From Eledone cirrhosa (lineage: Eukaryota): a DNA stretch of 64,000 nucleotides. The notes below the pieces were generated by a model that saw nothing but the letters and a program-made list of their open reading frames with translations, ran no database searches and was not told the origin of the DNA. Below are positions 53,294 through 64,000 of the stretch, one piece after another. Both the position numbers and the translations under genes were made by a program. Position 1 is the stretch's first letter; the number at the start of each line of letters is the position of its first letter. The stretch spans positions 279,496,001-279,560,000 of the forward strand of contig OZ024741.1 in assembly GCA_964016885.1 (NCBI GenBank), in the 5' to 3' direction.

Positions 53294-55813
53294 ATATATA
53301 TATATATATTTATAGGCAAAAGGGATGTCAATATTTATAAAACAAACTTTGTATTTTATCTGAAGAGAGTGTACCAAAGTTTTATAAATATAGTTTCCAT
53401 TTATTTAATATCATTGAATATATATATTTATATATATATCATCATCATCATCGTTGTTTAACGTCTATCTTCCACGCTAGCATGGGTTAGGCAGGAATTT
53501 TCCCACTTGATGCAAGATGTGTCTCGCTCGTATAGGACTATCTGGCAGGATACCATTCCTAACACCAACCACATATATATATATATATACAGACACACAT
53601 ACACATATCTCGTTTTTACGCCTATTCCACACTTGCATGGGTCCTTCTCAGTGCAGCATATCTCGACATGTCACATTCCTCAGTGAGCTTCAGCAATCTG
53701 AGATCAGTTTTTACCACTTCCATCCAAGTCTTCCTTGGTCTTCTACTACAGCTTCCTTCCATCCTTCCACTGAGGGATTACTTTGCATTTCTTCACCCAA
53801 CTATCATCATCCATGCACATCTCCATACCAATGCAGTCTCTTCACATGCACACTACTTCTGATTTCTCTTTCTTCTTCAGTTTATCCATGCTTTGTCTTT
53901 CTCGCTTCTATTGAAGCATGCTTGCCTCATTTCTCTCCATTCACTTTAAAATGGCATATGAACTCTATAAACAGAAGATCAAACTACAATTGGCACCAAC
54001 ACAGGAGCCCCTGTGTAGTCAAACATTCTACCAGAACCACAATTGGCACCAACACCTCTGTATGGTCAAACAACTTGCCAGAAATAAACTTTACTCAAAA
54101 TTACACCATACCATCTTTAAAAAACATTGAATTATAGGATCCAAGATACCTAATGACTGAAAGAAGACAGGGTGGACATGGCTGGAATATTTACTCTGAT
54201 CTCACCTAAGACTAAACAACAAATAAAACATATCACATGACATATATAAAGAGAATGAGGACAAAAAACGAGATATTGAAATCATTGGTGTAAAAATCAA
54301 ACTCCAAAAATGCTTAATTTAAAATTTATCTAAGTATTTAAATTAAAAAGAAAATCCTTAATGAAAAATGTTTTAACTTCTTTGGAATGTCAATGCAGAA
54401 GCAAAAAGCAGTATATTCTGTATCTTAAAGTAACATTTTTTTGTTGAGCAAATTCGTTTCACTTTTTTTTTTTTTTTTTTGTGGCTTTTTAAGTAAAGAA
54501 AATTGAAGGATTTACTAAAATTATTACTTATTTCATTACTAAGATAGTAATTTAACATATGGTTCTCATATAAAATTATAGTAGAGGATTTTGATTTAAA
54601 TGGGAACCCTTTATGATGTGTGAATTTATTTCATAGAACCAGAACCAGCTTGGGCCAAATTTCTAACGAAAGGGTTAAATATAAGTTGGTGTAAATTCGT
54701 TTCACATAGTTTAAACCCCTTCATTCTTACTGACATTCTAATCAGAATGATGTAAATGGTTGTGTACTAGAAAGGGTTAAATCAAATTGCTCTTGACTCT
54801 AAATATGAGTATTTTAATTTTTATTTTCTTTGTAGATAGATATTGTCTATCAAAGTTAATAGTGAAGCTGTTTTGTTTTAAGAGGAAAACATCTGGTAGA
54901 GACACCATAGTGTATTCCCAGAATAACTCATGATAAATATAGAAGGTATAAAAATAATACATCCTCAGTGGATTTGGTGGATTCTCGGTATTATTAGTAT
55001 AATTTTTTAGTAGATTGGGGGAAGGGGTGCGTGGGGGAGCTTTAGGTGAACCTTCACACTGCAATTACAAGATCTATTTATAGAGGTGAGTAAATATATG
55101 TCTTTAAGTAGGTATGTCTGGCATAGCAGGGTGGTCTGACTAAAATTGCATGCTTGACTATATATGTAACAGTGTGTGTCCATGTGTATGCATGAATATG
55201 TATGAATAGGTAAATACATTATATACTTTGCATTTCATTATATACATTTCTCTGTAATGTATATAATCTAAGTTTATATGCATCTCTATACACAAATTCC
55301 TTTTTCCGAAAGGATAACTATGCTCCAGTTTTGACTTAATTAATTAAGGATTTAAAAAACATTTCCTTATTAATTATTTGTGAAACAAATAATATATTTC
55401 TGAAGATCTTCACTTTGTTAAGATCTTCTCAGTCTTTATCTTCAGGATGAAATGACTTCAGAGACAGTTGTTATTATTGTTGTTTTATTGGAAGACATGA
55501 ATCTAGGAACATTACTGCATCTGTTTCTCATTCATTATCACTGAACTTGAAATCTATTTAAACTTTTAACATCAGATTCCATTCAGCAGCAATAGTGATG
55601 TCTAATCTAGGCACAAGGCCAGAAATGTGTGGGGAAGGATAAGTCAATTATATCAACTCCAGCACTTTACTGGCAGGATATGTTATCGACTCTGGAAGGA
55701 TGAAAGGCAATGATGACCTCAGAGGGGTTTATTTGTACTCAGAAGATAAAGGGCCATAAATAAATGCCATGTGTTTTGGGGTCATATTTATAAATTAATA
55801 TAGCTTCTATGAC

Positions 55814-56252
55814 CATCATCTAGATCAGTGGTAAAGAATTTCATTTCCCACTCCTGTGGTGTTGGATTCAAACTCTTTTCAAAGGTGCCATTAGACATGA
55901 CTTATCTGATGATCCGGCGAGTGTACAGGTGAAACTCCAGAGTAACAAGACTCACTGCTTAGCCATAATAAATGAAATTTAAACTTTATTTTGGTAGTGA
56001 GTACTTTTTCTCACGTCTGTCAACAATGCATTCGATGTTCAGAGAGTGGGATTGACCCCGTACAAAGCCTTTCCTCACTTAAGAAAGCTTCAAGCAGAGG
56101 CATCGCTTGATATGTGACATTTTTTGCGATGCATGGCATTGCTGGCCATAGGCAAGTCCCTAGCAAGACTAAAATGCCACATTCATGCTTAAGTATCAAG
56201 CGATGGCATTACTCAAAATTGAGTTTCAGTCATCATTCATTTATTCATTCAT
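55814..56252 (+). mobile_element. Candidate tRNA-headed SINE containing a hammerhead ribozyme core
   Basis: tRNA-like 55814-55890 (TAGATCAGTGGTAAAG, GGATTCAAACTC, ends GGTGCCA). CTGATGA at 55906 and GAAACTCCAGAGTA at 55931-55944. 12-bp stem 56101-56112/56194-56205. (CATT)n-like tail. Confidence 0.55.
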
Positions 56253-56962
56253 ATATATATATATAACCAAATTACACAAAACTTTGAAGCACTAATTTCA
56301 ATTTTGTTGTATGTATGTGTGTACATATGCACATATCTGTATGTATGTGTGTACATATGCACATATCTGTGTACCTATTAAATCACATGTGCACATATAT
56401 GTGTACCTATTAATATCACATCCTCACTTTTGATTAGCCTTTAGTACAGAAGGTGGGGCCTGAACTGCAGTATTTCCTGTACACACATACAAACTTGCAT
56501 CCATACAACATTCATAATAAAATCTGTAAATTTATTTAAAGAAAATATTATGTAACAAAGTTACAACCTTGCTAACATTTTCCATTTCATATAGGAATCA
56601 TTTCATTTTTTCCCATTGTTCTGTTAGAATCAAATGAGAACTTGGTTTCACTTGTTTTAGCTGAAGGCATTGTCATTTAACTTTATTCAGATTTAACACT
56701 ATATTTGATAACCTGACACACTTTTTTATTTAACCAAATGGTGATGTTTACAAATCATTCTTAAAAGTATTTTAATCATAATCAAAAATCACCACCAACA
56801 GTGCTATGAACACCACTACAACCACTAACACTACCATACACACCACTACAACCTGTTTAAAAGTGTTCCAGCCATGATGATTCCACCTTTCTCTATATCT
56901 AGGTGGGTAAACGGGCCATGGGTCCTTTTATTACAGCGGCATGGTGTAATTTGAGAGCGATT

Positions 56963-57545
56963 CATCATCATCATCACCGTTTTACGTCCGTTCTTCCATG
57001 CTAGCATGGGTTAGACGGGTTGTCCTGTTGTGGGCAGTGTCTGGTCGGCTGACCATGCCTTGCTCATACAGGAACTGATTTGGCTTGATTTCTACAGCTG
57101 GATGCCCTTCCTAACACCAACCTCATTTACAGTGAGTGCTGGGTGCTTTTTCGTGGTGCCTACACGTCCACTTTACAGTGTGGGCTGGGCGCTTTTTTGC
57201 CGTGGCACCTCCACGACCACCTTGCGGTGGGGGGTGTGGGGGCATATTGTCTATATGCTTCAGCTTGTACCCATGGGAGGTCGGGTACTCTGTATTACTG
57301 TGTGACGCCAGAGGTCACGGTCGTGTGTCATTGCCTTTGAGAGGTGTAATTGGGTAAGGTCGGCTTTTATCATCTCATCCCAGGTCATCTTGGGTCTCCC
57401 CACTCCGCGGTTTCCATCGACTTCTAGTGCTCTGCACCTTTTTATGCAGCTGTCATCCTTCATACGCATCACATGTCCATACCAGCGCAGCCGCCTCTCT
57501 TGCACACATCATTTGATTCCTCTTATGCTCAGTCTCTCTCTCATC
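56963..57545 (-). mobile_element. RTE-clade LINE 3' fragment with long 3' UTR
   Basis: ORF 57260-57505, QERRLRWYGHVMRM...EVDGNRGVGRPKMTWDEMIKADL...DRDLWR, then about 300 nt ending GGACGTAAAACGG(TGA)n. Confidence 0.85.
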
Positions 57546-58653
57546 GCAGTGGTAAACACCACTACCACCACCAACTGTTATACACACCACTACAACCACC
57601 AACACTGCCATACACACCACTACAACCACCAACATGATCATGGTCGGAATTCATTTAATCATTACATCTACTAAATCAGTCAAGCTGAGGTTAAACACCA
57701 TCACCATTAACACTAAAACTATCAACATAACTACTCCCCAAGCAAACAAAGTACACAACCCAATTTTATCTCCTAGCTTGATAAATATAACAGAATCTCA
57801 TATTTCTTGCCAAAGAAACTCCACTATCCAAGATCTTTAGTCACATGTAAGAAGATATCAGAAACATTTGACAATAGACCATCCTCACAATCACATAATA
57901 CCACAAACATTTATATTTCTAATCAAATACTTGTCCATATTTTAATTTTTTATATAATAAAGAATTTGGAGGATGTTTTCTTTTTACCTTATTAAGCTGG
58001 TATTTGGAACATAAAGGGTCCTTACATAAAATTATGATAGAAAGTTGAAATTTAGACTCAAACATTTCAAAATGAACAGTTTAGTATCATAGACCCAGTT
58101 GTGGTCTCATGTGAGTTGGCATCAAAAGGGTTAATGCAAGGGTTTTAAGGTGATTTTTCCTGTTAAAACAGGGCTTTGTAGGCCCCATGACAAGCTTCAT
58201 ACCCATCAGGGAAATCTTTTTGAGGCAATGTTTTATGACTGAATGCTCTTCCTAGTGCCAGCCCTTTTAGTAGTTACCTCATAATAAATGCAGGGACATG
58301 GTGTACCTATTCTAAACCTGACACACACAGCATCAAATATTAATACTCTACATAGACACATTGCAAGACAATATCCAGTTTTCATCCTTTTGAAACCAAA
58401 CTGCCTGAAACTGCCCTTGGCCCTACAATTCAAAACTTTTAAAAGCCTTCCATATAAAAAAATTACTTTAAAATCATAGGCAGTGTCTTTCATTAGAAAT
58501 ATGGTAATGAGTTAAAAAGTGGAAGGCATTGTATAATATAAGTTCCAGATATATCTAAATGAAATCACAATGGAATGTGTTTGATTATAGGTCTATTTGA
58601 ACAGAGCTGACTTTGGAGGTCAAAAACATTTTTTTTCTAAGAACATTTGTTAA

Positions 58654-58937
58654 CCCTTTCGTGACTGCATTTTTGCCTTTCATCCTTACAGGGTCGATAA
58701 AATAAAGTACCAGTAATGTACTGGATAATTGCTGGCCTTGTGCCTAAAGTAGAAACAATTAAAATTAATTAATGGGATTTACTAAAATTATTAATTGTTT
58801 CATTACTAAGTAGCTTAATGTAAGATTCTGATATTAAATCAAGTTGGAAGATTTTAATTTAAATTGAAAACCTTTAAAATGGGTGGTTTTATTTAATAGA
58901 AACAGAGGCAGTTTGGGGCAGGTTGGAAACTAAAGGG
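58654..58937. mobile_element. piggyBac-like MITE, family P3, with a nested SINE fragment
   Basis: TTAA|CCCTTTCG...CTAAAGGG ends, with SINE A core and tail at about 58672-58760. Related ends at 3430-3450, 42554-42640, 43520-43594, 54490-54678 and 57960-58134. Confidence 0.55.
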
Positions 58938-60361
58938 TTGGGTTAAGTTATGTTCCAAACACCAGCTTAATAATGAGAAAGTTTGTTATATTATTAAATC
59001 CTTCTAAATTTTTGATTATTTTCAAAATTATTTAAAAATCAAAGATGGTTTATTTAGAAATATGGTAGTAAAATATACCACACACAATGTCACTGCTTTG
59101 TGACATTGTATGTGGCATATTTTAAGGGCGTAAAAGAATAAAAAGTAGCAATAATATAAATCCATATCAAATGAACCAACTAACTGCACCCCACTAAAGA
59201 CAGACTATGGTTTTCAATCATTTGCTTCATAAACCATAAAATACTAGAATTTTGATTTTCTTTACAATGTCTTATTAACATTAACATTAAATAAAATTAG
59301 AATGTCTTGTAAAAGAAAGAAAGAAAGAATGATGGTGACGGCAGCAACGAAGAAGAAGAAAGGAACATGATTAAAAAGGACAAAAAAGTGGAAGGAAATG
59401 TAGAAAAAAAAACTGTGCACCAAGAATTTCTCTTTCATATCAACAGCTGCAGATTAATGTTAAAACTTTTCAATCTAAACTCAGAAGAAATTGATTAAAG
59501 AAAAATCAATAGCTAAGCAATTAGACATAAATACAAGTTCAGAAATTCAGTTAGGTATAGATTATGTGAGCTAGCATCATTCTAGATCTGACAGACTCAC
59601 CACTAAGCTTTTGTTTTTCTGAGTCTCAGAAAAGAGAATGAAAGAAGAGAAGAGCCAACAGACATTCCTTTGTATGCAAGAAATTATGGTAAAAAACATA
59701 AAAATGAATCTCATTCTCAGTTCATGAACTTTAAAGTATATATATATCAGTAATATATTCATGGAGGATAATAAAAAGAACTAAACTCCCCCAGTTCAAC
59801 ATTATACAGCAGTTAATAGGTGCAATTGAAAAGAAACTTGGCAAGCAGACATATGTAGTAAATAATATTAGACAGATATATCAATGTGAAATTGAAACAG
59901 CTAAGTCAATAGAATCATTATTGTGGAGGGTTGGGAGGGGGTGATTAAAGGATGGCAGAATCTATTGAATAATCTAATCCAATTTATAGACAATATTTTG
60001 ATTATCAGCGAAGGATGATTAACTAATTTTGTTTCACCAACCATGATAAATCTACAGATTGCATATTGTTTTCATCTAGGACAATGTCAATTTTATTGAT
60101 GGAAATATAATAATGATAATAATGATAATGATGGCGGTGGTGGTGGTGATAATGGTGATGGTTTCACCAGTTATTCCCTATTCTAGGCGATTACAAAGAT
60201 AAACAAATTACAAATATTTCTACAATGCAGTGTGTATCCCGATTTTTAGAATAGGTACACTACATCACTGCATGTCAGGTAAGATTAAAAGGGTTGGTGT
60301 CAGGAAGGACTGCAAAATATTGCCTCCAGTTCAACCCTTAAGGAGTTGTGTGTGCATGTGA

Positions 60362-60686
60362 AGGCTCATAGCCGAGTGGTTAGGCAGTTTGATTTATGAT
60401 TGTAAGGTCATGAATGATTTCCAGCAATGCGTTGTGTCCTTGAGCAAGACTTTATTTCTCATTGCTCCAGTCCACCCAACTAGCAAAATGAGTTGTACCT
60501 GTAGCTCAAAGAGCCAGCCTTGTCACATTGTGTCATGCTGAATCTCCCCGAGTTTCTTTTGAATGTCAAGAGTATGTGTGTCAGTGGAATGCTCAACCAT
60601 TTGCATGTTTAGTTGTTTCACAATCAGGATGTTTCATTGATTGCATCAACTGAGACACTTGGTACCAGAACCAATGAAGGTCCAAC
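60362..60686 (+). mobile_element. tRNA-CORE SINE with a different 3' tail
   Basis: TAGCCGAGTGGTTAG head and GTGTCCTTGAGCAAGACTT core. The tail is homologous, in reverse, to about 38340-38525. Confidence 0.7.
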
Positions 60687-60936
60687 ACACACACACACAC
60701 ATAAGTATGTACATTTTAATATAACACTTTAAAATAGGCAGGTTGATTGTCAAAATGGTTAAGTATCAAGGCATGGGAAAGGGATCAGTATCTTCATCAC
60801 CTACTATACATGCACACTTAAGTATGTATAACAATTTCTTTTAGTCCTTGTAAAAAAGAAGGGGAAGTACAGTCAGGTTAAGTATTTCCAAGTATTTCAC
60901 TTGGACTTTTGACTTGAAAAAAAACCCAAACTATGG

Positions 60937-61266
60937 ATGCACATGGCTTAGTGATTAGAGCATTGACCCTGCAATCAAAAGGTTGTAAGTTCAATTCTCA
61001 GACCGGGTGATGTGTTGTTTCTTTGAGCAAGACACTTTATTTCACATTGCTCCAGTTTACTCAGCTGTAGAAATAAGATGATAGGACTGGGGTCCCTATC
61101 ATTCCACTGCAAAGTGGTCGTGGAGGTGCCACAGCAAAAAAGCACCCAGCACTCACTGTAAATGAGGTTCGTGTTAGGAAGGGCATCCAGCTGTAGGAAT
61201 CAAGCCAGAATCAGTTCCCGTCCCACCCTTGCAAGCAGGGAAAAGCAGACGTAAAATGATGATGAT
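60937..61266 (+). mobile_element. SINE family C copy
   Basis: Colinear and near-identical to 52957-53293; ends AAAATGATGATGAT. Confidence 0.88.
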
Positions 61267-61930
61267 TTCTAACCTTGGCACCAAGCTGCAAAATATTTTC
61301 CTTACTAATAAACCCCAGTACATTATTATCATCATCACTGTTTGGTTGTTTTCCTTGCTAGAAAGGGCTGAATCTGTTATCATTATCATCATTGTCTATT
61401 TTCCATGCTTGCATTAATTAGATGGGCTGTCATGTTACAAGACAAGTCAGGTCAGATGAGGTGACCATGTCTTGTTCATATGGATCTGTATTTTGGCTTA
61501 GTTTCTACAGTTGGATACCCTTCCTAACACCAACCGTGTTCCAGTGTAAACAGTGCTTTTTTTGTAGTGTCACCAGCACAACCACCTTGCAAGATGGACT
61601 GGGTGTTTTTGTCAAGTGTCATCAGTACGACCCCATACAGGGCAGGCATATTTTTTTTTGGGGGGGGGGGGGGGGTCTGATCATTATTTTATTGATGAAA
61701 GATGAAATTTTCACCTGTAAATATTTCAAGGTAATACAGTTAAAGTCCAGTTCATCCTATATCTTGCAGTTCAGTGTTTTAGCAATGACAAAGTGAAGTT
61801 GGAAAGGCAGGACCTGTGTATTTATATACACATTACATACACATAGTAAATACTAACAAGTCATGGCTGCAGTTTTTAGTTTTTATAACAGTACAGTGGG
61901 TGGGAAGGAATTATCAAACATTGGAGTTTT

Positions 61931-62047
<117 letters not shown>

Positions 62048-62251
62048 CTACTGGGTTGTACTTGTTTGGCAAGTTGAGATCTGATACTGTATGGAAACTT
62101 AAACCACTACCTCAGGGAAGAATCATTTTAACACCATTTATTTATGAACACACAAAAACTGTTTTTATTCAATTTTTGTTTATTTCTTAACAGTTAAAGT
62201 CTATTATCAAGTGTCAAAACTTTGTATGCACCTTTGTAACCTGTTTACAAA

Positions 62252-62600
62252 GGTGATAAATTGGCAGAGTCATTAGAACATCAGATAGAATGCTTTGCAG
62301 TATTCGTTTCAGCTCTCTGTTCTGAGTTCAAATCCTACTGAGGTCAACTTTAGAGGTTGATAAAAAAAAAAAAGTACCAGTTTAGTACTGGGGTTGATTC
62401 TTCTTCTATATCTCTTTCTCATTTCCATTCTCTCACTCTCTATCTTTCTCTGGAAGAAATCTGCTGTATTTAGATGTGGAGAGGAGATGGACTGCCAAGT
62501 TTTAAAAATGCCCTAGAAATGCTGTTGTCAATGTGACACCCCTACAACTAACTCCCTTAGGAGTTACAGGATCATACATACAATACAACCTGGTTGCTGA
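62252..62600 (+). mobile_element. SINE family B copy, near full length
   Basis: TGGCAGAGTCATTAG head, GAGTTCAAATCC B-box, AAGTACCAG core end, long tail ending GGATCATACATAC. Confidence 0.8.
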
Positions 62601-63217
62601 CACAATCCTACACAATCTATTTCACATGGGAACAAGTCTTTTTTTGGGGGGGGGGGGTCTATTATGTAACTTAATATATTTAATAAATATTTTTTGTTTT
62701 AATCAGTTCCTGTAAGTGATGGAATCTCTAGGTAGATTTTTATTTTATTTTATCTATTTATTTATCTTATTTACCACATATACTTGAGTAATAGATGATC
62801 TCATGCCAACCCTCTTATTTTGGGCCAAAAAATCTGGAATTTTCCATAGACCTCATATAAAAGCCGACCCTAGTATTTCATGGATAATGGGTCAACATTT
62901 GTGAGTCAAGGTATCATCCTGTATGTAAAAATACCACTGTTACAAAATCATTCTGAATTTAAGTCAAATCTATATTATTGCAAATACATGTCTAAAACTC
63001 AAGATTTACCCAAACAGATGCCTGCCCTATAGCTGGAATGCTTCATGCTTATACCGGAATGCTTGGTGCACATAGTAAAAAAACATATAATAGCAAGCAC
63101 TACATCTGTAGATGGATGCTACATCTACATTATTAAAATCTAGCACAAGATGTGCTGCAAGCTTGCAGCCAATCTCATTTCCAAAAACAAACACATGCAT
63201 CAGCACTCATCTCATGG

Positions 63218-63313
63218 TCTGTTTACCTGGTGAGAAAGGTGTTTCACAGTCTGTTTACCTGGTGAGAAAGGTATTTCACAGTCTGTTTACCTGGTGAGAA
63301 AGGTATTTCACAG
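63218..63313. repeat. 32-bp tandem repeat, 3 copies
   Basis: GTCTGTTTACCTGGTGAGAAAGGTRTTTCACA repeated 3 times. Confidence 0.92.
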
Positions 63314-64000
63314 ACAGTGCTGTCAAGAAACACTAGCAAAAGTGTTTTGAAGCATAGAATAGGTAATATTTCCATAATTCATTGTTTTTGTTTTTATTTG
63401 TTTAGAAATCAATTGGGCTTCTACTACTGATATGGTACTTTTGATTCTAGTTTGAAGCCCCTCAAAAGTAGTATCCATGTAATTTAACCTTAAATTTGCT
63501 CCAATTTAACCTTTAAAATGGTCTAAAAAAATCCAAATTTTACACAAGTATATACAGTATTTTTACATTCATTTATTTATACATTTATTTATATATAATT
63601 AATTTATTCATTTGTTAAATTTTGGACCTGTAGGTCTACTGTACTGTTGATTTTTTAAACTTTAAACATGGAGCTTTTGTCACTTCCAAAATCAATTCTT
63701 CTGTTTTCTTTCCTCTCTCTTTCCATCTGTAATATATATATATTCTTTTTTAACTTGTCATATTTTATAAATAGAAGTATTTCTTAAGGTGTACTATACA
63801 ACAATAAATTCTATCAAGGAGATTATAAAAATTCACAATTGACTACCTACATGTATGTATAGACCTGTAATTTCTGAGGAAGTCATAAGGGCGTCATATT
63901 GAAATACAGCATTTCTAGGGCAATTTTAAACCTGGTGAAGACCATCTCCTTACAGTAAATTTCTTCCAGAGAAGGATAGAGAGCGAGAGAAAGGAAGTGA

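Overview
AT-rich, microsatellite-rich eukaryotic genomic DNA. The repeat repertoire (tRNA-derived SINEs, RTE, R4/Dong, Tx1 and CRE-like LINE remnants) is most consistent with an octopus/coleoid cephalopod; this is an inference, not a database match. The only host gene recognised is a minus-strand ZFYVE28/LST2 (lateral signaling target 2) homolog, with two phase-0 coding exons (14517-14239 and 2090-1941). Its short first coding exon was not found, so most of the window is probably intron. The rest is a nested mosaic of mobile DNA: a hAT/Buster element with intact TIRs and an 8-bp TSD, Tigger/pogo-like, Tc1/mariner-like and piggyBac-like MITEs, several SINE families and a 2.3-kb 23-bp minisatellite. 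The most interesting observations are: (1) a tRNA-headed, SINE-like element with a hammerhead-ribozyme core directly after the tRNA (about 55814-56252); (2) an (ATT)n-microsatellite-centred set of retroelements, in which a Tx1-like LINE and a SINE share the same 3' end and stack head-to-tail in each other's tails, while an R4/Dong element occupies the same repeat in the opposite polarity; (3) modular SINEs whose 3' parts can be traced to RTE LINEs in the same window. All alignments were done by eye and element boundaries are approximate unless a TIR, TSD or splice site is quoted.
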